Shown piece by piece: positions 1-12,680 of a stretch of 64,000 nucleotides of DNA. Below the pieces are notes generated by a model. That model was not told where the DNA came from. It did no database searches and worked only from the letters and a program-made list of their open reading frames with translations. The stretch covers positions 52,700,001-52,764,000 of the forward strand of contig OZ024742.1 of the NCBI GenBank assembly GCA_964016885.1. The letters run 5' to 3'. This stretch comes from Eledone cirrhosa. Lineage: Eukaryota. The stretch's first letter is position 1. Each line of letters opens with the position of its first letter. Both the position numbers and the translations under genes were made by a program.

Positions 1-757
1 GTCACTTCTTAATGGGTCCATGGAGTGTTCTCTAGCCTCCTCTGGTGTTTCAAAGAACACGTCCACGGTTCCATACTTTTGCCCACGTCTGATGTGGGTT
101 TTTCTTGCCCACACATGTCCAAAAGCTTTTTGGATTTGGGACTCGAATGCCCGTTCCACTCGGCGCGATTTTACATTTATTGTTCTATACGACACGGTGC
201 ATAGGCGCTGATGCTCTATTTTATTAGGTGGGGGTGAGGCTGACCCTGTACCAGTCTTTCTTTACCATTTGTTTGGCATTTTCTAAATCCTCCTGAGTTA
301 CCGTAAATGCTTCGAACTGTTTTGCTACTCTGGCGAAACTGAGGGGGGTTTTTATAATGTCATTGTTGTTGTTGTTGCTATCGTTAATATTAATTTTAGT
401 TTCAGTTGTGGTGGTGGTGACGTCAGTCGTCTTTGGTGGGGAAGAGTCCATTTTGCTTGATTTCATTTCGACATCACGAGTTAATTTATTTTTTTCTTCT
501 TTTGTTTCTGTTGTCGCGGTGGTGGTGGTGGTGGTGGTTGTCGCGGTGGTGGTGGTGGTGGTGGAGGCTCTAACACCTGCAGTCATTGGTAATGGCGGGA
601 AATGAATGTCTGCCTGAGACCAATTTAAAATATTGCTAGTGCTTATATTTTTTTTGGTGTTGGCAAACGTAGTAACATTTACAATGGTGGTGTCGGTGTG
701 AGGTGTTAATTTGTGAGGAAGGCTTTCAGCTGCTTGGTGCAGAGGTGAATTAGCCAT
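1..757 (-). pseudogene. N-terminal part of a LINE ORF1-like protein (probably L1/Tx1 type), one frameshift near 226-234, runs off the window start
   Basis: ATG at 757 (MANSPL...) then a Thr-rich low-complexity linker. After a shift in the C-run the frame continues PNKIEHQRLCTVSYRTINVK...GQKYGTVDVFFETPEEAREHS, an RRM-like pattern. The upstream flank ends at a (TAA)n tract. Family assignment is inference. Confidence 0.5.
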
Positions 758-964
758 TTTTTTCAAAGAAATTTTTTGATAATAATAAAAGTTTAAATTT
801 TGGGCACAAGGCCCCAATCTTTTTGGGTGTCCTTTTCGGAAAACAATGTATGTGCGCTTATAAACAGTTAACAATAAAATTTTCCATAAATGACAATTTT
901 TAACAAACGGAAATAACAAACCTTTGCGGAGCTCACGATGATACGATTTACTACGTAGGTCGCC

Positions 965-996
<32 letters not shown>

Positions 997-997
<1 letters not shown>

Positions 998-2955
998 CCT
1001 CCACACAAACAACTTGTTGCCGGACGAACAGAAAGGATGCCGAAAGAAGTCACGTGGTACAAAGGACCAGTTGCTTATTGATAAGATGGTAATGGGGAAT
1101 TGCAGGAGGAGACACACTGATCTTGCCATGGGATGGATAGACTACAGAAAGGCATTTGACATGGTGCCTCATTCCTGGATCACCAAAAGCCTGGAGATCT
1201 TCAGGGTGGCAGATAACATCAGACAGTTGCTGGGCAGGAGTATGGGGTCCTGGGAGGCAGAGTTGACATCAACTGGAGTATCCTTGGGAAGCGTGAAGAT
1301 CAAGAGAGGTATCTTCCAGGGAGATAGCCTGTCCCCTCTGTTGTTTGTCCTTGCCCTGATGCCCTTGACCATTATGCTGCGAAAAGTGAGAGCAGGATAC
1401 AAGTTGGGAAGGGGAGAGCTTACCATCAATCACCTCCTCTTCATGGACGATCTTAAGCTCTTCGGGAAAAGTGAGAAGGAGTTGGATGTGCTTGTTGACA
1501 CTGTCCGTATTTTCAGCAGTGATATATGTATGCAGTTTGGTATTGGTAAATGTGGAGTCATTGTGATGAGGAGGGGTAGGTTGAGCAGAAGTAACGGGAT
1601 CCAGATACCAACAGGTGAGATGATAAAGGAAATTGACTCTGATGAAGGATACAAGTATTTGGGCGTTCTGGAGGCTGATGGCATAAAGAACAAAAAAATG
1701 AAGGAATTGTTAAGAACTGAATACATTCGGAGAGTAAGGAGCGTATTGAAGTCACATCTGAACAGCAGAAATGCCATAAGCGCAGTAAATTCCCGAGCTG
1801 TGTCTATTATTAGGTACAGTGCGGGAATTCTGAGATGGAATGTTGCTGAACAAAAAGAAATGGATAGGAAGACTAGGAAGCTATTGACTATCTACAACAT
1901 GTTCCACAAGAGGAGTGATGTCGATAGACTCTACCTAAGGAGATCTGAGGGTGGAAGAGGTCTTATCAGCATAGAGGACTGTGTTCAGATGGAGAAAAAC
2001 AACCTATACAAATACGTGACCTATAGTAAGGAGCCAATGCTCAGAGCTGTACTGAAGGAGGGGACAGTAGGCCAGGGGATATCCAAGGAGGAAATAACAT
2101 CAAGGAGGAAGAGCAGCCTTAAGGGAAAATCCCTTCATAGTACCTTCTTTGAGAAAACTGAATTTAGAGATCCACAGACATGGAACTGGTTGAGAAGAGG
2201 AGACCTCAAAAAGGCTACAGAAGGAATGCTAATGGCTGCGCAGGAGCAGGCCCTCAAAACGAAGTGGTTGAAGCACCATATCTACAAGGAGGAGGCTAGC
2301 CCACTGTGCAGGATCTGTGGAGAGAGAGAGGAGACTGTGGCTCACATTGTGTCCGAGTGTAAACACCTAGCCCAGACCCACTATAAGGGCTGGAGACACG
2401 ATGTGATGGGCAGGGTGATCCACTGGCACCTGTGCAAAGTAAACAATCTACCACATTCTGAGAAATGGTATGAGCATAGGCCAGAGGCGGTGATGGAGAA
2501 CAGTCAGGTGAAGGTGCTGTGGGATTTTAGGATACAGACGGACAAAAAACTGGAACACAATAGACCTGACCTGGTGGTTGTGGACAAAGAAAAAAGATCG
2601 TGCCTGATTGTGGATGTGGCCTGCCCGTTCGACACGAGAGTGCAAGAGAAGGAGAGGGAGAAAATTAACCGATACCAGGACCTAAAGTGGGAGGTGAAAA
2701 GGATTTGGAACTGCCATGAAGTCAAAGTGATCCCGATTGTCATAGGCGCACTGGGGACTATCTCCAAAGGTTTCCAGGGATGGTTAAAGAAAATCGGCCC
2801 CTTCACGCTTTTTGGAACGCTTCAAAAGGCATGCTTGCTTGGAACGGCAAGAACCCTCCGATACGTCCTGAATATCTGAGGCTGCAGGTAGTGGCTTGAT
2901 ATTCAATCCAACGGACTTTCCAGTTAACCAACATCAATGACTGAGATTCAAGGAA
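997..2955 (+). mobile_element. 5'-truncated R4/Dong-type non-LTR retrotransposon inserted in a (TAA)n microsatellite
   Basis: (AAT)n on both sides (965-996 and about 2954-2991). Carries one RT-RLE ORF and a short 3' UTR. Dong-type R4 elements are known to target TAA repeats. Confidence 0.9.
1014..2879 (+). CDS. Reverse transcriptase + CCHC finger + restriction-like endonuclease (R4 clade), N-terminally truncated
   Basis: Motifs [73 protein letters not shown]. Open for 621 codons. Confidence 0.93.
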   Translation: MLPDEQKGCRKKSRGTKDQLLIDKMVMGNCRRRHTDLAMGWIDYRKAFDMVPHSWITKSLEIFRVADNIRQLLGRSMGSWEAELTSTGVSLGSVKIKRGIFQGDSLSPLLFVLALMPLTIMLRKVRAGYKLGRGELTINHLLFMDDLKLFGKSEKELDVLVDTVRIFSSDICMQFGIGKCGVIVMRRGRLSRSNGIQIPTGEMIKEIDSDEGYKYLGVLEADGIKNKKMKELLRTEYIRRVRSVLKSHLNSRNAISAVNSRAVSIIRYSAGILRWNVAEQKEMDRKTRKLLTIYNMFHKRSDVDRLYLRRSEGGRGLISIEDCVQMEKNNLYKYVTYSKEPMLRAVLKEGTVGQGISKEEITSRRKSSLKGKSLHSTFFEKTEFRDPQTWNWLRRGDLKKATEGMLMAAQEQALKTKWLKHHIYKEEASPLCRICGEREETVAHIVSECKHLAQTHYKGWRHDVMGRVIHWHLCKVNNLPHSEKWYEHRPEAVMENSQVKVLWDFRIQTDKKLEHNRPDLVVVDKEKRSCLIVDVACPFDTRVQEKEREKINRYQDLKWEVKRIWNCHEVKVIPIVIGALGTISKGFQGWLKKIGPFTLFGTLQKACLLGTARTLRYVLNI

Positions 2956-3133
2956 TAACAATAACAATAATAATAATAATAATAATAATAACAGACAGAC
3001 AAATAAAAATTTAAAAAATGGGTGATTTTTTTTTTTCCATTTTTGTAAGATTCTAGTATATGAAATTCAATAATATAGCGGTTATCAAATTAAAAACGAA
3101 TGAAATAGATAAGAGAAAGACTTCCCTACACAT

Positions 3134-3321
3134 AATTGTTTCTACATTAGGCACAAGGCCAGCAATTACCCAGTGCATCACTGGTACTTTATTTTATCGA
3201 CCCCGTAAGGATGAAAGGCAAAGTCAACCTCGGCGGGATTTGAACTCAGATCGTAAAGGGACGTAACTATGCTGGAAAGCATGGCGTCCGACTCTCTACC
3301 GATACTGCCAATCCACCGCCC
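3134..3321 (-). mobile_element. tRNA-derived SINE (dominant family in this window), full length
   Basis: Minus strand has A-box-like TGGCAGTATCGG and B-box GAGTTCAAATCC, body CCTTTCATCCTTACGGGGTCGATAAAATAAAGTACCAG, and TSD CCTACACATAAT on both sides. Confidence 0.88.
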
Positions 3322-3444
3322 TACACATAATGGGTGTATTTCATTTGTTTAAAAATGCATGATTCCCACATAAAATTGAAATGGGATAAACAGAGATATG
3401 CTGATATTACAATATCATATTGATAGCTGAATAGAATCCCCATA

Positions 3445-3489
<45 letters not shown>

Positions 3490-3585
3490 TTTTGAGTATA
3501 TGTTGGTTGTATACCAACACCTCAGTATGCAGGCTGGAGCACTCGACGAAGTGCGCAGGTTGGTTTGGCTACTCCGGAGTAATGT

Positions 3586-4253
3586 AAAATAAAGTTAAAT
3601 AAAAAGTCATATGTTTAAAATTTAGCTTAGTTTATTACTGCTATATATATTTCAGTGACAGCCATCTTTGGCTGTGACCTCTTCAGGCAGTCCGAATTAG
3701 TGTGGTATAGACAAGTACATATGTTGTTGAGGTGTATAATTTTGTCAATACTCTGTAGTGTTTGTGTTTGTATAGCAAACACAAACACTACAGGGAGCCT
3801 CACCCCAGAAAGAATATTATAGACTTCTGACTGAGGAATGCTCTCAAAACTGACCAATGGGAAGGTTGACACATTTTTTGTTATTTTGTTCCTTTACCAC
3901 CTTGTTCCTTCTACCACTTTATCAATTTTTTAAGCTAACTCCAACAATAACAACACTTAGAATGAGAAATCTTCTAACAACTGACCAATGAGAGGGGAAG
4001 AGGCCCTTTGACACTGAAACTCGTTTGTTTGAATTCATATGATTCCAGTTCCTCAGAGAAATAATAACCTAACCAGGAACTGGACATATCAGAGTACTGA
4101 CAAAATTATACACCTCAACAACATATGTACTTGTCTATACCACACTAATTCGGACTGCCTGAAGAGGTCACAGCCAAAGATGGCTGTCACTGAAATATAT
4201 ATAGCAGTAATAAACGAAGTAAAATTTTAAAAATTTGACTTTTTATTTAACTT

Positions 4254-4260
<7 letters not shown>
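3586..4260. mobile_element. Fold-back non-autonomous PLE-type element: about 170-bp inverted repeats (3586-3754 / 4090-4260), each with an HHR
   Basis: Arms are reverse complements and the right arm ends in (TA)n. Confidence 0.75.
4154..4208 (+). ncRNA. Type-I hammerhead ribozyme (mirror copy at 3637-3691, minus strand)
   Basis: ACTGC-CTGAAGA-stem II (ACAGCC/GGCTGT)-GAAA-TATAT-ATA-GCAGT. Minimal stem III with a self-complementary loop. Confidence 0.8.
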
Positions 4261-4286
<26 letters not shown>

Positions 4287-4289
<3 letters not shown>

Positions 4290-4486
4290 AATTAGTATAT
4301 CTACCAACATATATATACAGATGCATACCTATGCTAGCAAATATATAGGTTTTGTCTTAGTAACTTTGTGGTTCAATGCAAGGGGATGCAGAACAATTAT
4401 ATTAAAAACGTAAAATAAGAAAATTATAAAAATTAACTTACTAAAGTTTTAGTAAGTTAATTTTTATAATTTTCTTGTTTTACGTC

Positions 4487-4491
<5 letters not shown>
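4287..4491. mobile_element. Short hairpin-ended stub of the 539-nt retrozyme family at 24776-26200
   Basis: Matches 24776-24940 and folds back around TTACTAAA-GT-TTTAGTAA. Flanked by (TA)n on both sides. Confidence 0.75.
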
Positions 4492-4569
<78 letters not shown>

Positions 4570-4589
4570 GAGATAGAGAGAGATAGAAA

Positions 4590-4643
4590 TGGCTTCTACA
4601 GGACTAGATCTGTTTCGTTCGAAGTAAATCATCAGTAAAGCCA
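4590..4643 (-). ncRNA. Type-I hammerhead ribozyme at the end of a degenerate PLE-like remnant (about 4570-5100)
   Basis: Minus strand reads GGCTTTA-CTGATGA-TTTACTTCGAAC-GAAAC-AGATCTA-GTC-CTGTAGAAGCC. Stem II is eroded. Confidence 0.6.
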
Positions 4644-5130
4644 ACTGTCATTGTAGTATGGTAGTATTTATGTTTCATGGTGGTTGGGGAAGATGGTGAT
4701 TTGGGGGATGGGTGGAAGTCATTGGGCAAGGGATTTTATATTCGTGTGCGTCTGTTTATGTCTGTGTGTATGTGTCTGTGTGTATGTATGTGTGTGCGTG
4801 AGTGGGTATTTTCAAGAGGTTCCATCGAATGATAAACGGATTTTAACTACAGAGCTAAAGTATATTGTTAAAAATAATTTCTCACTGTGGTTGCGTGCTA
4901 CCGAAGGTTTCAAAGAGACGCTATATCTGCTCAACATTTCAATAGTTTTTCATTAGACTTATTTAAGGTTTACATCTAAGTTAGCATTGGTTAGATTAAT
5001 ATCTACGGTTATTTTAAGTCTCAAGTTACTAAACGTATATATTACTTTCTGACAAGCAGATATAGCTTCTTTATGATTTTTGCTAGGGTAGGATTTGAAA
5101 CCTACTGTGTGGAGATATTATCTATGATAA

Positions 5131-5321
5131 TAATTGCTTCTACAATTGGCACAAGACCAGCAATTATCCCAGGGCATTACTGGTACTTTATTTTATCGAC
5201 CCCGTAAGGATAAAAGCCAAAGTTAACCTCGACGGGATTTGAACTCAGACTGTAAAGGGACGAAACTATGCTGGAAAGCATGGCGTCCGACTCTCTACCA
5301 ATACTGCCAATCCGCCGCCCT
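5131..5321 (-). mobile_element. tRNA-derived SINE, same family as 3134-3321
   Basis: Near-identical body and A/B boxes. Confidence 0.88.
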
Positions 5322-5337
5322 TATTATTATTTATGAA

Positions 5338-8300
5338 ATTTGCCAATGTGGACATGGACAAACCGCATCGGATCATCCAGATCGTATCTCAATAGGGTAT
5401 TCTGCAGAGAACTAGATAAGGCTAGTATAGGTTGTCCACAATTTAAAATAGTCGACTACACAGGCCACAAATTTGTGATCTGTGAGATCGACATAGACAG
5501 ACTTCATAGACAAGGACCTGGTTACTGGAAGCTGAACGCGTCTTTCCCGGCGCGCAAAGCCTACAGAGACCGGATTAGTGTATTAGTTAAGCGGGCGTTG
5601 ACGGGAGCGGTCGTCAACAACAGGTGGTGGTTCGCCATGAAAAGGGCAATTAAAATAGAGTCAATTAGGTTTAGCAAAGGACTAGTGATAGAAGAAAATA
5701 GAGTAGAGGGAGAGCTAGTCAGAAAGCTAGAAGAGGCGTTTAGGACAGGCATCGCAACCGACGTTCTTGCGGCGAGATTGGCACTCGACCAATTCTTCAA
5801 CGCAAAACACGAAGGGACAAAAGCCGTGTCAGAGCTAGAGCGCGTGCTCTGAAACACGAGGGGACAAAAGCCGTCCAATGGGCCCGGGTGGCAGGGGCGC
5901 GACGTGGCAACAAAGCCACAATTCGGTCTTTGTCTGACCAAAACGGGTGCGTGTTGCTCGAACCCGAGCAGATGTGTGAGGCTTTTCAGCAGCACTTTGT
6001 TGAACTGTTCGGGAGCAGCGTCGGGCCGGATCGGGGTATGGACTTCAGTGCATACCTCGACGGACTGCCTCTGCTCTCGACGACCGCAGCACCGTGTTGT
6101 GAAAAGCCAATAACAGCCGGTGAAATACGGGAAGCGATGGCTAACTGCACGAGGGGTAAATCGCCAGGTTTGGATGGTCTGCCCTACGAGCTTTATGCAT
6201 TTATTCCAGACTTGTTCGGTGACCTCTTGGCAGACGTCTACTGCAACTGGCAGCAGAACGGGAGCATTCCCAGTTTTGTTGGCCGGGGAGCGGTGGTGCT
6301 TCTGAGAAAAGACCCTAATAAAGGAGGGTCTTATCGATAACTTCAGGCCCATAACCCTGCTAAACGCAGAGTTCAAGATTTTGGCCAAGGTCTTAGCAAC
6401 GAGGTTGGCGCTTGTCGTGGGTCTGGTGGGAGAGGCGCAGATATGCGCCATTCCGGACAGATCCATACACGACAACCTCCACCTCATGCGATACATCATA
6501 GAGAGGGTGGTTAAGGAACCTGGCAAGGGTGGGGCCCTGATCAACTTGGATCAATCCAAAGCATTCGATAGGGTCGACCATCGGTACTTGGCGGCGGTCC
6601 TCGAGGCAGCCGGTTCGGGCCCGTTTTCAGGGGTTGGATCACAGCAATGTACAGCGACATCTGCTCAGTTGTGAGGGTGAACGGTCACCTGTCGCAGCCG
6701 TTCAGCATCGTGTGCTCGGTCCGCCAGAGTTGTCCCTTCTCGTCCCTCTTGTACGTATTGGTTCTCGAGCTGTTACTGCACAAACTGGGGGTGATGAGGG
6801 GGCGTCCCACGCGAACTAGGATGCGAGAAATCCGAGTCGGCTTACGCAGACGACGTCACCGTGGTGGTGTTGAGCACCAGACCCGTCCAGATGCTCGGCA
6901 CCGCTCTCAATGAATTCGAAGCGATGACAGGAGCAAATATAAACTAGGAAAAGTCGGTGGGCTTGCAGCTCGGCATCTGGAGAGGCAAGTCCATGCCGTC
7001 CGACAGCGTCGTGGGGCGTTGGACGGACGGACCGGTTAAATTGCTCGGGATCTGGTTCGGATCGGACCTCCAGATGGATAAAACTGGAGCGAGGTGACGA
7101 GCAGGGTGGCCTCCCTCACCCAGAAATGGGCCGAGAGGAAGCTGTCCCTGAAATGCCGAGCGGAGGTGGCGAATGCGTACATCGCATCCGTCATCTGATA
7201 CCGCCTCACCGTCGTCCCTTGACCCGGCCCAACTCTCACCAAAATGGAGCGCCTCCTCTTCCTCTTCTTTTGGAAGGGACGCGGTCCCATGGTCAGACGA
7301 TCCATCTGCTATCAACACTCGTTGCATGGAGGACTGGGCATGCCATGGCTGATGATGCGCAAACATGCGCTGAGGCTGTGATATCTCTGGTGCTTCCTTG
7401 ACGGTGAACAGGTGTGGTCGCCGTTCGCCAGGCACGTTTTCCCACAGCTCGTCTCCTTGATGGAGCTGCAGTCCTGGGTCAGAAAAAGACCGAGGGATAA
7501 CGCTTGGAAACAGGAATGTCTCCATGCGCACACCGCCCTCTGCCAGCTGGACACCAGTATCGGTGGAAGATCCACCTCGGCGTTCTATAGGGGACTACTG
7601 GAGGGGAAGAGCGACGACGTTCTCGGAGAGATCCTGGGCGTTGAAGAAGATCAGCTGTTTGCTCTCTTCCGGAGAACTTTCAGCCCAGGGCCTATGGATA
7701 ACTTCAACAAATCCCTGGCCTGAGAGTGCTACCGGGGAGCGCTGCCGTTTCGAGATAAGCTCTACAGGCACGGAAGTGCCGTCAGCCGAGCCAGTCCGAG
7801 ATACGCGCAGAGCGACGAAACCGTCGTGCACGCACTCGTTCAGTGCCCGAGCATTGCTGGCTTGGGGAGCTATGTCGAACAGTTGCTGTCGCGTGTGGGA
7901 CTGATCCGGTTGTCGACTGAGTCCATTGTGCAGATGGTCTCGCCGTCTTCCTTCGAGGAGGAAGGGCAGGCGGTTTTCATCTTACTGGTCGCCAAGGCGA
8001 AAGAGATTGTGTGGTGGACAAGGTTAAAAGGATTAAAGACAGACACTTTCCTCTTCGGCGAATCCCTAATTAACTTTTTCAAGTTTCACTTGAAGAGGAA
8101 AATCAGGATGGAGAGGCAAGTGCTGCCTTCTAGCAAGTTTGTTGAAAGGTGGGTGAATGTAGCGAGAATGGTCTGAGTGAACGGGACCGCTATGAATATA
8201 CGCCTGTAGTTTGAGAAATGGAAAAATTGAGAGAGGGCGCTTGCCCCGGTGATTAGGGTGGCCGTGGTCTTTTGTGTGGTTTTCGCCACGCGTAAACCTC

Positions 8301-8510
8301 GGAGGTTTCCCCCCTATTGGGGAATTTTTCATTGTTTCAATTTTCCTTTTTATTGTTTATATATATGTTTCTATGTCTTTTATCTTTTCTTTTCTTATAT
8401 AAATAATAAAAATCTTTACACACACAAAACCCACATCGTACCGTCCTGTACCGTCCTGTGCCGTCTGTAATGTTTTTCTTGGTGTCAGCACTTGTGGCCA
8501 ATAAAGAAAT
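5338..8510 (+). mobile_element. 5'-truncated, frameshifted L1/Tx1-clade LINE (end of APE domain, RT, C-terminal region, 3' UTR)
   Basis: GPGYWKLN, GKSPGLDGLPYELY, FRPITLLNAEFKILAK, LDQSKAFDRVDH, AYADD-like and ETVVHALVQCP motifs across frames. T-rich 3' UTR with AATAAA near 8500. Several stops and frameshifts. Confidence 0.9.
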
Positions 8511-8533
8511 CATTATGTATGATAAAAATAATG

Positions 8534-8568
<35 letters not shown>

Positions 8569-8581
8569 AATGTTTCACTAG

Positions 8582-8678
8582 CTCTGACAGTTGGCAGGTG
8601 AACAGTGGACTGTACTGATGATGGGTAATACCCAGAAACATTAGTGTCTGCAGTTCTGTTTACATGCCAACACAAGAG
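8582..8678 (+). ncRNA. Type-I hammerhead ribozyme with a long bulged stem I
   Basis: GACTGTA-CTGATGA-TGGGT/ACCCA-GAAAC-ATTAGT-GTC-TGCAGTT. Outer pairing TTGGCA..GTGAACAG with CTGTTTAC..TGCCAA. Confidence 0.85.
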
Positions 8679-9290
8679 TAAGAATGAGGGGCTTATTCTA
8701 CTGACATGGCTTTAAAAATAAGGCTTGTTTGCATAATCGCAATATATATATATACATATGGGTATATAAATTAATACATACAAATATACTTATACACGCA
8801 CTTGCGTAGACAATCGCTTAATTTTCTACACCCTAACTCACACTAACAACATTTTCCAAATTTCTTTCTTTCGGGGACATTTTTCATTTACGTTATTTTT
8901 TCTTTTCACTTCAATAAATGTATGTTTTCGTCCTCTGTTCTTTTTTGTTTCTCTATCTTTCCTTATTAATTTACATAGATTTTCTATATAAAATCTGGAA
9001 TATCATATTCAATGTTTTGACGGTCGTCCAAAAACAACCGAGAAAATACAAAGTAAGAAATATTCTCATAAATTATTGATTAATTATGTGTTAAACTAAA
9101 TAAAACGCATTTTCACATATAAATTTGTAGTGTAGCTGGCTAGGGTGGTATTGTGGTCGATGAGGGGTTTTGGTGGCGATGGGTGATGAGAAATAAGATA
9201 TATTTGTCATTGATAACGTGAATGTTATTTATATTGCAATAATTTATCTTCCAATCTTCCATTATCAGCCAAAACTTATTTAATGATATA

Positions 9291-9371
<81 letters not shown>

Positions 9372-9446
9372 ATGTATATATATACACATATATATGTATA
9401 TATATGTATATATATATGTGTGTGTGGATGTGTGCATATATATACT

Positions 9447-9477
<31 letters not shown>

Positions 9478-9544
9478 GTGTATAATGATAATATATTTAT
9501 AGAGAAAGAGATAGATTGATATGTGTATGCATATGAATAAATAA

Positions 9545-9591
<47 letters not shown>

Positions 9592-9664
9592 GTATATATA
9601 TATATGTATGCTTTTAATGTTGAGGGACGTGTTAATGATTACTCAATACCATAGTTGAGACAAA

Positions 9665-9852
9665 TAATTTTCTACTTTAGGCACAAGGCCAGCAATTACC
9701 CAGTGCATTACTGGTACTTTATTTTATCGACCCCGTAAGGATGAAAGGCAAAGTCAACCTCGGCGGGATTTGAACTCAGATCGTAAAGTGACGTAACTAT
9801 GCTGGAAAGCATGGCGTCCGACCCTCTACTGATACTGCCAATCCACCGCCCT
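9665..9852 (-). mobile_element. tRNA-derived SINE, full length, 17-bp TSD
   Basis: Same family. TSD TAGTTGAGACAAATAAT at 9652-9668 and 9852-9868. Confidence 0.9.
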
Positions 9853-11724
9853 AGTTGAGACAAATAATATTCTATATTATGGCAAAGTGATGAGTCTTGT
9901 TATTCTGGAGTTTCACCTTTATACTCCAGGATCAGGAGACAAGCCATATATATAATATATTTACAATTAAAAAAAATAGAAAAAAACAATTAAACAGTTA
10001 AAGTAAGAGGAAAAGTGGAGAGAGGTGCAGAATCTACTCCTATGTCTAGGTAGTATATCTCAGCTACACATCTCGGGTAAAAGGGCAATGGTACTGCCAC
10101 GTAAAACAGCCAAATACACTTAATTTTACAGAGGAAGACAATAGTTCAGTGGCAATCACACTAGAGATCTCACCGGCAATCATAACTAAAACGAAGCGGT
10201 CAGTCACGTATGGTCAGTATGTATATTTAGGCAATAAAATGAAATTTGGAGTGTTTAGCCATATTTTTAGTTGGTTATTGGATGAGCTAAGGACGGGATG
10301 TGCTGAATGCGTATGTGTACATCGGTGTGTGTTCTTATGTATGAATTACTATGCGCACTCCCTTGTGTGCAGGAAATGAAATATATATAGGATTTCAAAA
10401 ACTTAATAAACGGCATCAATAGCCACATCCAATTCACAATGGAATACAGCAAAGATCAACTCCCATTTCTGGACATCTTAATCTTAAAAAAAGACATAAA
10501 TATCGAAACTGACATACACTACAAACCAACAGATTCCAAACAATATCTGCTATTCACCTCCAACCATCCAAAGCACACGAAGACGAACATTCCTTTTAAC
10601 CTAGCAAGAAGAATTTGCACAATTGTCTCCAATTATGAAACGCGAAATAAAAGACTTCAAGAATTAAAGGAAATTCTACTCGAGAGAGAGTACCCACTAT
10701 TACTAATAAATAATGGAATAGAAAGGGCTAAAGCAATAGGCATTGATGAATTACGGAAACAGAAACAAATTCAAGGTACGTCCAATATGCTATCATATAT
10801 CTCAACACACAACCCAAGAAATGCGGAAGCTTACAACACTATTCACAAGAACATCCCACTACTAAAACAAAACCCAAGAATGAAAAAAGCCCTTGAAACA
10901 CACAAAATAATCAAAAGCAAAAGACAACCAAAATCACTGAAAACATTACTCACCAATGCCAAATTACCTACCACAAACCCACAACCAAGCATAAAAAATT
11001 TGGTCGCTCTAATTGTAGAACCTGCACTCACCTCATTGAAGGCAACACGTATACATTTAAATCAGGACAAAATTTTACTGTAAAAAATCACTTCATTTGC
11101 TCATCAAAAAATCTACTTTATGCCATTAAATGTAAAGGATGCAATGAAGATTATATAGGACAAACTAAACTCACACTCAGAAACAGAATGACAGTTCATC
11201 GCCAACAATTACGAGATCCACCCACGAGACAGATACCACTAAATGGTATCTAGACATTTGCGCAAGTAATAAGACACCCAAATTCCAATTCTTCCCATTT
11301 TACCTTTGCGCTAACAATACAACAGAACAAATACGAATAAATAAGGAAAATATGTTTATTCAAAAATATAGACCAGCATTAAATATGGTTTAATATACAT
11401 TATGTCAACACCATAATAGGACATACACACACACACATAACATCTTCTACTTTAGAAAATAAAAACCCGAACTAAATAAACCTTAACATACGTTTGCACT
11501 GACAATACAACAGAACAAATACGAATAAGTAACGAAAATATGTTCATTCAAAAATATTCCTACTAAAGGAATCATTTTCCTACACACACACACAATATAT
11601 ATATATATTCTCTTCCTCTTAACATGCTAACCATACTCCCATACACATAACACCCAAACACACACATAACAACCCCCACACCCACAACTCCCTCCCCCAT
11701 TTCTACTAATAGAATCATCTTCCA

Positions 11725-11788
<64 letters not shown>

Positions 11789-11814
11789 ACGCACACACAT
11801 ACACACACACACAC

Positions 11815-12465
11815 ACACACAAGCACACAAATAAACATACATATCTTTACTTCAATAGAAAATCTGAACTCTGACACCCCAGCGAACTAACCACATTCAC
11901 TGAACCAGAACAATTCTCCCAATCCCATTTCTCTTGACCACTATATTTCCCTTGTCATAACATTCTCTATAAAGGCTACAGAATAGATTTCCAAATAAGG
12001 GCGCGAAAATGTAATGAAAACTTGTTCACGTGACAGCCAAATTTCATTTATAACCAATCAAATCACGTTTATTAAAAAAAAAGCCTTCGTGAGCCACCTT
12101 TTTTTTAAGTAAAGAAATTCAAACACACACAACACACACACACACACACACACGCACACACACACAAGCACACAAATAAACATACATATTTTTACTTTCT
12201 TTATTCAATAGAAAATCTGAATTCTGACACCCCAGCGAACTAACCATATTCACTGAACCAGAACAATTCTCCCATCCCTTTCTCTTGACCATTATCTTTC
12301 ACTTATCATAAAATTCTCTAAAAGGGCTACAGAATGGATTTCCAAATAAGGGCACGAAAATTTAATGAAAACTTGTTCACGTGACGGCCATAATTTCATT
12401 TATAACAAACCAAAAAAAAGTCTTCGTGAGGCCCTTTTTTCAAGTAAAAAGAAATTCAAACACTC
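11815..12465 (+). repeat. Tandem duplication of about 350 bp inside the PLE 3' region
   Basis: Block CACAAGCACACAAATAAACATAC...AAAGAAATTCAAACAC occurs at about 11815-12125 and 12160-12465. Confidence 0.8.
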
Positions 12466-12680
12466 ATATATGAAAAAACAACCTGTGACAACCCCCTCCC
12501 CTCGGATTTGAAGAACTATTGTAACGCGAACTGGCGCGAAATTTATTATAATTATTGACAAACCAATCAAATTACTTCTCGAAAAACCTGGCATTTCGAG
12601 CCACTTTTTCCATATAAAACAAGTAACATTCAGAGACCAACCAGATGTGAGAAAAACCACAGACCCTCCATCTAAACTCA

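Noticed and set aside
758-1129. N-terminal extension of ORF 224-1129
   Set aside because: It runs through the antisense of the Dong element and the TAA repeat. The plausible start is the ATG at 757.
5561-6544. 327-aa minus-strand ORF
   Set aside because: Antisense shadow of the GC-rich Tx1 RT region with no recognisable motifs.
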